From positions 58,475-122,474 of the forward strand of contig JAVKHO010000006.1 of the NCBI GenBank assembly GCA_031459915.1: a DNA stretch of 64,000 nt. The letters are read 5' to 3'. The position numbers were made by a program, and so were the translations under genes. Position 1 is the stretch's first letter. The number at the start of each line of letters is the position of its first letter. The notes beneath the pieces are model-generated. The model was not told the DNA's origin. It was given only the letters and a program-made list of their open reading frames with translations, and ran no database searches. The stretch comes from Candidatus Tepidifontimicrobium thermophilum. GTDB taxonomy: Bacteria > Sysuimicrobiota > Sysuimicrobiia > Sysuimicrobiales > Sysuimicrobiaceae. Below, one piece after another: positions 10,087-18,621 of this stretch.

Positions 10087-10949
10087 TCCCCGCGACGTTC
10101 GAGTACGTACGGGCCCGCAGTGTGCGGGAGGCCATCTCCCTGCTGCAGCAGCACGGGGGCCGGGCGAAATTGCTGGCCGGCGGCCACAGCCTCCTTCCCC
10201 TCATGAAGCTGCGGCTGAGCCAGCCGGAGATGCTCATCGACCTCGGCCCCGTGGACGAGCTGCGGGGGATCCGGGAGGAGGGCGGGAGCCTGGTGATCGG
10301 AGCCCTCACCACCCACGACGAGGTGGCCAACAGCCCGCTCGTCCGGGAGCGGGTGCCGTTGCTGGCCGAGTGCGCGTCGCAGATCGGGGATGTGCAGGTC
10401 CGCAACCGCGGCACCATCGGCGGCAACCTGGCGCACGCGGACCCGGCGGCGGACTACCCCGCGGCGGCCCTCGCGCTGGAGGCCCAGCTGGAGTGCGAGG
10501 GCCCCGCCGGGAGCCGGACGGTCCCCGCGTCCCAGTGGTTCGTGGACCTACTGACTACGGCCCTGGGCCCGGACGAGGTCCTGTGCCGGGTTCGGGTACC
10601 GGTCCAGACGAAGGGACAAGGCTGGTCGTACATCAAGCTACCCCACCCGGCCTCAGGCTATTCCCTACTCGGGGTGGCGTGTCTGGTGACCGTGGACGGT
10701 GGCGTCTGCCGCGACGCCCGCGTGGCCGTCACCGGGGCTGGGCCCAAGGCGGTGCGGCTGACGAAGGTGGAGCAGGCGCTGGTGGGCAAGCGCCTGGAGG
10801 AAGCTGCCGTGGCCGAGGCCGCCCGCCTGGCCTCGGACGGGCTGGAGGCCAGCGACGACCTCTACGCCTCTGCGGAGTACAAGCGCCACCTGGCCGTGGT
10901 GTACACGAAGCGGGCGCTGCTGCGGGCGGCCGAACGCGCTGCGGGTTGA
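10083..10949 (+). CDS. coxM: FAD-binding medium subunit (CoxM-like)
   Basis: ATG 10083 overlaps the coxL stop (ATGA). MIPATFEYVRA.SV.EA..LL....AKLLAGGHSLLPLMKLRL is a typical CoxM/FAD_binding_5 N-terminus. Confidence 0.85.
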   Translation: MIPATFEYVRARSVREAISLLQQHGGRAKLLAGGHSLLPLMKLRLSQPEMLIDLGPVDELRGIREEGGSLVIGALTTHDEVANSPLVRERVPLLAECASQIGDVQVRNRGTIGGNLAHADPAADYPAAALALEAQLECEGPAGSRTVPASQWFVDLLTTALGPDEVLCRVRVPVQTKGQGWSYIKLPHPASGYSLLGVACLVTVDGGVCRDARVAVTGAGPKAVRLTKVEQALVGKRLEEAAVAEAARLASDGLEASDDLYASAEYKRHLAVVYTKRALLRAAERAAG

Positions 10950-10965
10950 AAACGACCCCGTCCTC

Positions 10966-10996
10966 GGGCGCGCCGGGCCCCCGGCCCGGCGCGCCC
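10966..10996. terminator. perfect 14-bp GC palindrome (GGGCGCGCCGGGCC-ccc-GGCCCGGCGCGCCC) between convergent coxM and udg
   Basis: Read directly. Arms 10966-10979 and 10983-10996 are exact reverse complements. A GTCGTTTTC run follows on the minus strand about 12 nt away, and no T-tract follows on the plus strand. Confidence 0.4.
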
Positions 10997-11898
10997 TACG
11001 CTCCACTCCCAACAGGGCACACCTCCGCGTGCAGGTGGGTGCAGTCGGGACTTTCGGGCGGTACCGGTCGGCCACTCCCGTCTGTCGTCTGGAGCTTCAC
11101 CACCTCCAACACCCCCGCCTCGGCCCGGCGCTGCCGCAGGACGAAGCGCCGGAGCAGTTCCGCCAGCGCCGACTCCGTGCGGAAGGTCGGGTGCACACCC
11201 CGCACCTCCCAGCTGACCCGCAGCGTGCCGGCCTCCGACACCACGACAGGCTCGGTGGGCTGCGGGTCGGCGAAGATCTTGTGCAGGGCACCCGGCTTCC
11301 AGCGGGCGGGGGCCTCAGTCCCCCACTCCACGTCCACGAGCCGCCGCAGGCGTCGGAAGTCCTCCTGCAGGGCGTTCGCCAGAGAGGCGCTGCGCAGGGC
11401 AGCCGCGGGGTGGTAGGTGGCGAACCACCAGCGGCCTCCCTCCCGAAGGGCCCGTCCCCGCACCTGGTTCAGCTTCTGGTCGGAGCCTAGGAGGGCCCGG
11501 GTCGCCGTGGCGCCCAAAAGACAGACCACCCGCGGATGGAGGACGCTCATCTGACGGACCAGGTACGGCAGGCAGGCGGCCACCTCGTCGGGGTGCGGCT
11601 CCCGGTTCCCGGGCGGGCGACACCGCACCGTGTTGGTGATGAAGACCCGCTCCCGGGGGATCCGGATGCTCGTCAGCAGCCGGTCCAGCAGGCGGCCCGC
11701 CGCCCCCACGAAGGGTCGCCCCTGTTGGTCCTCCTCGGCCCCCGGCCCCTCGCCCACAAAGAGCAGGGGAGCGTCCGCGGGGCCCTCGCCGGGCACCGCC
11801 TGGGTCCGCTGCTGGTGCAAAGGACATCGGGTACAGGAGCGGATCTCGCGGGCGATGCGCTCCAGCGCTTCAGCACCGTCGACCGCCGGGGGAGCCAC
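10996..11898 (-). CDS. family-4 uracil-DNA glycosylase with a C-terminal extension of about 105 aa and unknown function
   Basis: CTRCPL (Fe-S Cys), FVGEGPGAEED motif A, ITNTVRCRPP and ATYHPAAALR motif B. GTG 11898 lies 1 nt after the GNAT stop. The extension keeps high GC3. Confidence 0.8.
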   Translation of the reverse strand: MAPPAVDGAEALERIAREIRSCTRCPLHQQRTQAVPGEGPADAPLLFVGEGPGAEEDQQGRPFVGAAGRLLDRLLTSIRIPRERVFITNTVRCRPPGNREPHPDEVAACLPYLVRQMSVLHPRVVCLLGATATRALLGSDQKLNQVRGRALREGGRWWFATYHPAAALRSASLANALQEDFRRLRRLVDVEWGTEAPARWKPGALHKIFADPQPTEPVVVSEAGTLRVSWEVRGVHPTFRTESALAELLRRFVLRQRRAEAGVLEVVKLQTTDGSGRPVPPESPDCTHLHAEVCPVGSGA

Positions 11899-11899
11899 G

Positions 11900-12352
11900 T
11901 CAGGGCGCCAGCACCAAGTGGTAGCGCACCGACTGTTCGTCCCGCTGGATCTCCCGGAATCCGCGGGACCGGTACAGCCGCTGCGCCTGTTGCATCCACG
12001 GAGCCGTCTCCAGCTCGACCTCGCGGTATCCGCACACCCGGCAGTACACCAGCGCCGCGTCCAGGAGCTTGGCCCCGATCCCCCGGCGCCGGTAGTCCGC
12101 GTGCACGTACTGGTGCTTGAGGATCGCGCGGCCCCTGCCGGCCTCCTTCACCGCGGTGGTGCCCACGATCCGGCCGTCCAGGCGCGCGACGAAGAACACG
12201 GACCGGGGCTGGGGGAAGTGCTCCTCCAGGTTGGTCAGCTCCTCGGCCACTGTCGCGTCGTAGGGCAGACCGAACTCGCTCAGTACGGCCTGGACCAGCC
12301 TTTGGATCTCCGGCTCGTCCTGGGGCTTGGCCGGCTCCACCACGAGACTCAT
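11900..12352 (-). CDS. GNAT-family N-acetyltransferase
   Basis: ATG 12352, 150 aa. Acetyl-CoA binding pattern QYVHADYRRRGIGAKLLDAAL...A..LY...GF. Confidence 0.75.
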   Translation of the reverse strand: MSLVVEPAKPQDEPEIQRLVQAVLSEFGLPYDATVAEELTNLEEHFPQPRSVFFVARLDGRIVGTTAVKEAGRGRAILKHQYVHADYRRRGIGAKLLDAALVYCRVCGYREVELETAPWMQQAQRLYRSRGFREIQRDEQSVRYHLVLAP

Positions 12353-12447
12353 CCGCGCACCTGGGCGCCGGGCGGATCTCCGCGGTGCTTCCGCTGGGCT
12401 CCTGGCACCCGGCAGGCCAACTTCGCCGGCCCTGGACCTTCTCCTCC

Positions 12448-13671
12448 CTAGACCGCGGCCAGCACCTGCCGCTCGAAGTCCTTCAGGGTCGGCCGGATCC
12501 GGATGGCGGGCCGGCCGCCGTCGGACACCGCCTCCAGGGTCTTGAGACCCGCGCCCGTCAGCAGCGCCACCACCACGTCGTCCGCTCCCAGCGCTCCCGC
12601 CTCGGCCAGCTTGCGCAGCACGGCCACGGTGACACCCCCCGCGGTCTCGGCGAAGATCCCCTCCGTCTGAGCCAGTAGCCGCATCCCCTCCACGATCTCC
12701 TCGTCGGTGGCCACCTCGAACACCCCGCCTGTCCTGCGCACCGTCTGCAACGCGTAGTACCCGTCTGCAGGGTTGCCGATGGCAAGGGACTTGGCCACCG
12801 TCTCGGGCCGCACGGGGACCACCTGGCTGTCCCCCCGCCGGTGGGCTGCAGCGATGGGTGCGCAGCCCGCGGCCTGCGCTCCGTGTAGCCTCGGCATGGG
12901 GCCCTCCGCCAGGCCCAGCTGCAGCAGCTCCGCAAACGCCTTTTCGGTCTTGACGAACAGGTTGCCGGAGGCCACAGGCACCACCACGTGGTCGGGTAAC
13001 CTCCACCCCAGCTGCTCGGCCACCTCGAACCCCAGGGTCTTGCAGCCCTCCGAGTAGAAGGGCCGCAGGTTGATGTTCGCGAAGGCCCAGGGGTGCTCGC
13101 CCGCGATCTCGGTGCACAGGCGGTTCACGTCGTCGTACGTCCCTTCCACCTCCACCACCGTGGGGTCGTACACGGAGGTGGTGAGGACCTTACCCGCCTC
13201 CAGTCCCTGGGGCACGAACACTACCGCCCGCATGCCCGCCCGCGCCGCGTGGGCCGCCACCGCGTGGGCAAGGTTCCCGGTGGATGCGCACGCGAGGACC
13301 CGGAACCCGAAGGCCCGGGCCGCGGCTACCGCCACCGCCACCACCCGGTCCTTAAAAGACCAGGTAGGGTTGGTGGTGTCGTTCTTCAGGTACAGGCGGC
13401 GCAGCCCGAGGCGCTCGCCCAACCGCCGGGCCGGGATCAGGGGGGTGAAGCCCGGCTGCAGGTCGTCCTCGGCCGGTTCCACAGGCAACAGGGCACAGTA
13501 CCGCCAGATGGATCGGGGGCCGGACGCGATCCGTTCTCGCGTGGCCTCCCGCAGGCTGGACGCCTCGTACTCCACCTCCAGGGGACCAAAACACCGCTCG
13601 CACACGTACTCTGGGCCCACGGGATGCGGCGTCCCGCATGCCCGACACCGCAGGTGCGCTACCCGTCCCAC
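12448..13671 (-). CDS. thrC: threonine synthase-like PLP enzyme with N-terminal Cys4 zinc-ribbon (ThrC family; physiological reaction uncertain, see findings)
   Basis: GTG 13671 with AGGAGGTG RBS. CRACG...CERC ribbon and PLP-lysine motif PTWSFKDR. 13-nt overlap with thrB. Confidence 0.8.
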   Translation of the reverse strand: MGRVAHLRCRACGTPHPVGPEYVCERCFGPLEVEYEASSLREATRERIASGPRSIWRYCALLPVEPAEDDLQPGFTPLIPARRLGERLGLRRLYLKNDTTNPTWSFKDRVVAVAVAAARAFGFRVLACASTGNLAHAVAAHAARAGMRAVVFVPQGLEAGKVLTTSVYDPTVVEVEGTYDDVNRLCTEIAGEHPWAFANINLRPFYSEGCKTLGFEVAEQLGWRLPDHVVVPVASGNLFVKTEKAFAELLQLGLAEGPMPRLHGAQAAGCAPIAAAHRRGDSQVVPVRPETVAKSLAIGNPADGYYALQTVRRTGGVFEVATDEEIVEGMRLLAQTEGIFAETAGGVTVAVLRKLAEAGALGADDVVVALLTGAGLKTLEAVSDGGRPAIRIRPTLKDFERQVLAAV

Positions 13672-14588
13672 GTTTCACCTCCTGGAGCGTCTTCCACCAC
13701 CGTGCCCCGCACGTCCACGGAGGACACCCTCCACCGGCTGTGTACCCCGTAGCGCGCCAGGGCCGTCCGCATGGCCTCGCCCACCGACTCCGCGCACTCC
13801 GCGGGGCAGAAGGCCACCAGACTGCTGCCTGCCCCGCTCAGCGCCGCCCCCCACGCCCCCGCCTCCCGCGCCGCGGCCACCGCGTCCGCAAACCCGGGCA
13901 CCAGGAGCTCCCGGTAAGGCTGGTGCAGCCGGTCCTGGGTGGCCACCGCCAGCGCGCCGAAGTCCCCGTTGTACAGGGCCGCCACCAGTAGCGCAGCCCG
14001 GCCCGTGTTGAACACCGCGTCCTGCAGGCTCACCTGTGCGGGAAGCCGGGCCCGGGCTTCACCGGTGGGCACCCGCAGCTCCGGCACGCACAGAACGACC
14101 GACGGGAACCGCTCCGGCAGGATTCGCTGCCAGCACACGCCCCCCTCACCATCCCGCACGGCCACCGTGACCCCACCCACCCACGCCGCCACCACATTGT
14201 CCGGGTGCCCTTCCAGCTCCGCGCTCAACCGCACTAAGTCCGCTGGGGACAGGGGGCTGCCCAGCAGCCGGTTGGCCGCGGCGATACCGGCCACCCGGGC
14301 CGCGGCGCTGCTGCCGAGCCCACGGTCCAGGGGGATCCGGTTGAAGCACCGGAACGCGAACGCCACGTCCCGGACGCCCGCGCGGGCTGCCACCGCCTCC
14401 GCAGCTCGGTACACGGTGTTGCGCTCGTCCCGGGGAAGCACGTCCTCCCCCTCTCCCGCCACCTCCACCCGGGGCCGATCCGACAGAGCCGCCTCCACCT
14501 CGTTGCGCAGATCCAGCGCCATCGCGAGGCAGTCGAACCCCGACCCGAGGTTGGCCGAGGTGGCCGGTACCGTCACCCGCAACCGCAT
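13659..14588 (-). CDS. thrB: homoserine kinase (GHMP family)
   Basis: ATG 14588 with GGAGG RBS. VPATSANLGSGFD and IPLDRGLGSSAAA GHMP motifs. Confidence 0.87.
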   Translation of the reverse strand: MRLRVTVPATSANLGSGFDCLAMALDLRNEVEAALSDRPRVEVAGEGEDVLPRDERNTVYRAAEAVAARAGVRDVAFAFRCFNRIPLDRGLGSSAAARVAGIAAANRLLGSPLSPADLVRLSAELEGHPDNVVAAWVGGVTVAVRDGEGGVCWQRILPERFPSVVLCVPELRVPTGEARARLPAQVSLQDAVFNTGRAALLVAALYNGDFGALAVATQDRLHQPYRELLVPGFADAVAAAREAGAWGAALSGAGSSLVAFCPAECAESVGEAMRTALARYGVHSRWRVSSVDVRGTVVEDAPGGETWDG

Positions 14589-14594
14589 TCGGAA

Positions 14595-14790
14595 CCTCCA
14601 GACAACGAGAAGCCCTCCGGCGCCGAAACCCGGCGAACGGAACATCCACCGGAATCCAGCCGCGGAGGGCAACAACCGCCCTTATCTCTCGGAATGCCTT
14701 CCGCGGGAGTTGGCACCTTGCCGGCTGTCCGCCGGTAGGTTGCCGGGGGTCATCGGGCCCGTCCCTCGCCCACTCTGGATAAGGGTGTTG
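14595..14790 (-). promoter_or_regulatory. SAM-I (S-box) riboswitch: aptamer about 14785-14679 plus expression platform leading into thrB
   Basis: The minus strand reads CCCUUAUCCAGAGUGGGCGAGGGACGGGCCCGAUGACCCCCGGCAACC-(P3)-AAGGUGCCAACUCCCGCGG-(P4)-CCGAGAGAUAAGGG. This matches the invariant SAM-I cores (UAUC.AGAG.GG..GAGGGA..GGCCC.AUGA..CCCGGCAACC, GGUGC.AA..CC, AGAUAAG). Downstream stem GCCCUCCG (14670-14663) / CGGAGGGC (14619-14612) is followed by UUCUCGUUGU. Confidence 0.85.
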
Positions 14791-14839
14791 CTATTCAGTT
14801 GTCCTGTTGACGCAACGCTACCAGCTCCGTCCCCGGGTG

Positions 14840-16603
14840 TCAAGCGCCGTCCGGCCACAGCCCCAGGATGGCGCCGTCCCGCACGCGGACGTAGCCGCGG
14901 TCGCAGACGCGAAAGTGCGGGATGGCAAGCCCCGCCAGCACGTCCACGGTCAGCGAAGGCCGGGGGCCCACCGCGCCCAGACCTCGCAGCGCTTGGTCCA
15001 CCTGCACCTCCCGCCGCGCCACCTCCTCCAGAGGGTCCACGGACACCACGCCCGCCACGGGGGCCGCCAGCTCCGCCAGCACTTCCCCTCCCGCACACAC
15101 CACGACCCCGCCCCCCAGGGATACCAAGCGCGTGAGGGCGCACTGCAGGTCTTCGGGCGACTTCCCCACGGCCAGCAGAAGCGGGCTGTCCCACGCCATG
15201 CTGGTGGCGCAAGCGCCCCGGCGCAGGCCGAAGCCACGGACGAAGCCCACAAAGGGCGCTCCGTCACCCTGCCGGTCCAGGACGGCCACCAGGCACAGGT
15301 CGCCGTCCGGCACCAACCACCCGTCGTGCACCAGGACATCCGCCTCGCCCTCCCGGGTCACCAGGTGCGTGACCATCTCCACCACCCGCACCCGCACCGT
15401 CCCGCGCGCAACCGGAGCCCGTACCCGGTAGGCCTCCACAGGGGGTAGCTGCAACCGAAGGGTCCGCACGAGCTCGTCCGGGTAGCGATACGGGGGTACG
15501 GAGACCACCGGCTTGCCGTCCCGGGCCACCACGCGCCCGCTGCTGACCACCACGGTGGGGTGGAACTCCCTGAGGTCCGGCACCAGGCTGAAGTCCGCGT
15601 ACCTGCCGGGCGCCAGCCCCCCCACCTCACCGTCCAGCCGGAACCGCTCCGCGGGCACCAGGGTCGCGGCGCGGACCGCGGCCACGGGGTCCACCCCCAG
15701 CCGCACCGCCTTGCGAACCACCGCGTCCATGTAGCCCTCCTCCAGAATCTCCCGGGCGCCGGCGCTGTCCGTCACCAGACACAAACGGTGCAGGTCCATG
15801 TCCGCCGAACGCCACAGGCCCGCCACGGCCTCCAGCTCCTGCCGGATCTTGCCCTCCCGCACCATGGTGTGGTAGCCGAGCCGCAGCCTCTCCCGCACCT
15901 CTTCGGCGGTGGTGGGCTCGTGGCACGAGGTCACCCCTGCAGCCGCATAGGCCGCCAGCCGCGCCCCCCGGGCCCCGGCGGCGTGTCCCTCCACCACCTT
16001 TCCCACGGCGTGGGCGAGCTCTATCAACTCCAGCAGCCGGCGGTCCTCCCGCAGCACCAGGTTCCCCCAGTACACCTCGCCCAGCCCCACCACCAGGGGG
16101 TCGCGCAGGAGCTCCCGGTATGCGTCCACCGACGGCGCGTGCCGCTCCAGGTGGGGGGCCGTGGCAGCCAGCGGCGGCAGGGTGGCGTACACTTTCACCG
16201 GCAGGCCACGCAGAGCATCTAGGGCAGCGCGCACGCCCAGCTCGCCCGCCACGTAGGCCAGCTCGGAGAGTTCCGTGACCACACACGTGGTGCCGCCCGC
16301 CAGGATGTGGGGGATCGCCGCGTGCGGGCTGTAGCGGGCGCCGAACAGGTGGGTGTGCGCGTCCACCAGCCCCGGGACCACCACCTGGCCCCGCGCGTCC
16401 AGGACCTGGGTGTCGGAGCCCACGAGCCCGTCCAGCCACGGTCCCACGTACGCCACCCGTTCCCCCTTCACCGCCACGATCCAGTCCCCCAACAGCTCGC
16501 CCGTGTACACGTCCAGCAGTACGCCGCCCGTGACCACCAGATCCGCGGGCTCCTGCCCCTGGGCCACCCGCATCAGCTCCACACGCCAGCTGGGTCTTTG
16601 CAT
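14840..16603 (-). CDS. ade: adenine deaminase
   Basis: 587 aa in the amidohydrolase fold. VVPGLVDAHTHL metal motif and the typical Ade length and architecture. ATG 16603 with GGGGAGGG RBS. Confidence 0.8.
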   Translation of the reverse strand: MQRPSWRVELMRVAQGQEPADLVVTGGVLLDVYTGELLGDWIVAVKGERVAYVGPWLDGLVGSDTQVLDARGQVVVPGLVDAHTHLFGARYSPHAAIPHILAGGTTCVVTELSELAYVAGELGVRAALDALRGLPVKVYATLPPLAATAPHLERHAPSVDAYRELLRDPLVVGLGEVYWGNLVLREDRRLLELIELAHAVGKVVEGHAAGARGARLAAYAAAGVTSCHEPTTAEEVRERLRLGYHTMVREGKIRQELEAVAGLWRSADMDLHRLCLVTDSAGAREILEEGYMDAVVRKAVRLGVDPVAAVRAATLVPAERFRLDGEVGGLAPGRYADFSLVPDLREFHPTVVVSSGRVVARDGKPVVSVPPYRYPDELVRTLRLQLPPVEAYRVRAPVARGTVRVRVVEMVTHLVTREGEADVLVHDGWLVPDGDLCLVAVLDRQGDGAPFVGFVRGFGLRRGACATSMAWDSPLLLAVGKSPEDLQCALTRLVSLGGGVVVCAGGEVLAELAAPVAGVVSVDPLEEVARREVQVDQALRGLGAVGPRPSLTVDVLAGLAIPHFRVCDRGYVRVRDGAILGLWPDGA

Positions 16604-16638
16604 GCCGACCCTCCCCGGAGTTCACTTCCGGTCCATCG

Positions 16639-16644
16639 TACAAT
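16639..16644 (+). promoter_or_regulatory. candidate -10 box (TACAAT) 6 nt upstream of the lgt GTG; possible leaderless lgt mRNA
   Basis: TACAAT at 16639-16644 and GTG at 16651, with no Shine-Dalgarno in between. No convincing -35 element. Confidence 0.3.
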
Positions 16645-16650
16645 GGCTGC

Positions 16651-17403
16651 GTGAGCCCCATCCTGGTGCAGGTCGGCCCCTTCGCCGTCCGGTGGTACGG
16701 CGTCATGGTCGCGTTGTCCATCCTGACCGGCATCGCGCTCACGCGCCGGGCTGCGCCGCGCGTGGGACTGCCTGCGGACCTCCCAGACCGGGTGGCCCTC
16801 GGCTTCGTGCTGGTGCTGTTCGCCGGCGCTCGGCTGGCGTACGTGCTTTCCCACCCCGCCTTCTACTTCGCCAACCCCGTGGAGGTCCTCCGGATCGATC
16901 GCGGGGGTCTGTCGTCCCACGGCGCCATCGCGGCGGGGCTTCTTTACGCCGCGTGGTTGGCCCGGCGGGAGCAGATCTCCGCGTGGTCCTTCACGGACGC
17001 CTGCGCCACGTGGATCCCGCTGGCCAACGCCCTGGTGCGGTGGGGGAACTTCATGAACGGCGAGCTGTACGGGGATCCCACCTCCCTGCCGTGGGGCGTG
17101 GTGTTCCCCACCGCGCCCGACGCGCCCCGACACCCGCTGCAGCTGTACGAGATCCTCACCTCTCTGGTGCTGTTCGCGCTGGCCCAGCGGTGGCTGTCGC
17201 GTCGGCGCTTCGAGGGCGAGGTCTTCTGGAAGACGGTGGGCGGCTTGTCCGCGATCCGGTTCCTCCTGGACCTGCTGCGGTCCGAGTACCGCGTGGTAGG
17301 CCCCTTCGCTCTGGGCCAGTTGGCCGCGGCGGTGCTGGGGGTGGCTTCCCTGGTCTTCCTCCTCAACGGCAGGAAGGCCGCGGCCTCGAAGCCCGCGGAG
17401 TAG
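16651..17403 (+). CDS. lgt: prolipoprotein diacylglyceryl transferase
   Basis: GPFAVRWYGVMVALSI, RWGNFMNGELYG and PWGVVFP motifs. 250 aa polytopic membrane protein. Confidence 0.87.
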   Translation: MSPILVQVGPFAVRWYGVMVALSILTGIALTRRAAPRVGLPADLPDRVALGFVLVLFAGARLAYVLSHPAFYFANPVEVLRIDRGGLSSHGAIAAGLLYAAWLARREQISAWSFTDACATWIPLANALVRWGNFMNGELYGDPTSLPWGVVFPTAPDAPRHPLQLYEILTSLVLFALAQRWLSRRRFEGEVFWKTVGGLSAIRFLLDLLRSEYRVVGPFALGQLAAAVLGVASLVFLLNGRKAAASKPAE

Positions 17404-17470
17404 GGATTCGGATCGTCGGCCGCGAACTTATAGCCCGTGACCCAGCCCAGAGGGTTCGAGCGGACAGGCC

Positions 17471-18616
17471 ATGGACGTGACCGTGGTGCGTGAGCAGCTG
17501 CGGGCAATGCGGGAGGCCAGCGAGGCCAGACCCCTGGTCTTCGGCTTCGCGGGGGAGCCCTACGACCCCGCGCTGGAACGGTTTGCGGAAGGCGTGCGGG
17601 ACGTGTTTCAGCAGCGCGGGCATCACTTTCGCCCCGAGGGCGACGGGCAGCTGCGGCTGGTATTCAACTTCGTGAACCCCGGCCGGCCCCGGGCTTACCG
17701 GCGCCGGGCGAAAGCCACCTTCGTGGTGGCGGTGGTCCTGGAAGCCCACCCGCCCGACGACGTCCTGCGGGCCGGGTACCCTCTCCTGGTCCGCTCCCTG
17801 GCCAACCTGTGCGTCTACCTGGTCCGACACCCGGAGGGGATCCGCACGTTCTTCGTGACGCTCGAACAGGGCTACTACGCGGTGGCGGGCGAGTTCGGGT
17901 CGCGGGACTACTTCGAGGCGGTGTACGAGCGGCTGCAGCCCCTGGCCTGTTCGCAACTGGTGATCGACAACGTGTTCGAGCCGGACCTACCGCCCGAGCT
18001 GTGGGAGGGGGACGAGCTGACCCGGGAGCTGGCAGAGGCGGGGCGCCGCCTGGACGCCCTGGGACTGCTCCCCGCGCCGTTCCCCATCGACCAGCTCCTC
18101 TCGCCCCGGGACCTGCGTCACATCGAGCTCCTGTACGGGATCGGAGGGCTGAGCTACGGCAACCTCAGCGTCCGCAAGGACGCCACCCGGTTCTGGATGA
18201 GCGCCAGCGGGGTCAACAAGGCTCACATGCGGGTGGTGGGGCGCGATATGTTGCTGGTGAAGGGATTCGATCCACGGCGGGCTGCCATGATCCTCAGCGT
18301 GCCCCCGCACGTCCAGCCCCGGAGAGTTTCTGTAGACGCCATCGAGCACTGGATGATCTACACCGAGCACCCGCAGGTGGGAGCGATCGTGCACGTGCAC
18401 GCTTGGATGGAGGGCGTCCGCTCCACCCTGGTCAACTACCCCTGCGGCACCCTCCAGCTGGCGCAGGCCGTGGCGGATCTGGTCCGGCAGGCCCCCGACC
18501 CGGGGCGCGCGGTGGTGGGGCTGAAGAACCACGGGCTCACCATCACGGGCCCTAACCTCCGCGACATCTTCGACCGTCTGGAGCGAGGGTTCATCCGCCA
18601 GGTGCCCATGGAATAA
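17471..18616 (+). CDS. class II aldolase/adducin-domain protein with an uncharacterised N-terminal region of about 200 aa
   Basis: The C-terminal half shows the aldolase_II pattern (GNLSVR....FWMSASG......V....HVHAW......NHGLTITG). The N-terminal half has no motif I recognise. Confidence 0.65.
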   Translation: MDVTVVREQLRAMREASEARPLVFGFAGEPYDPALERFAEGVRDVFQQRGHHFRPEGDGQLRLVFNFVNPGRPRAYRRRAKATFVVAVVLEAHPPDDVLRAGYPLLVRSLANLCVYLVRHPEGIRTFFVTLEQGYYAVAGEFGSRDYFEAVYERLQPLACSQLVIDNVFEPDLPPELWEGDELTRELAEAGRRLDALGLLPAPFPIDQLLSPRDLRHIELLYGIGGLSYGNLSVRKDATRFWMSASGVNKAHMRVVGRDMLLVKGFDPRRAAMILSVPPHVQPRRVSVDAIEHWMIYTEHPQVGAIVHVHAWMEGVRSTLVNYPCGTLQLAQAVADLVRQAPDPGRAVVGLKNHGLTITGPNLRDIFDRLERGFIRQVPME

Positions 18617-18621
18617 GCCCC

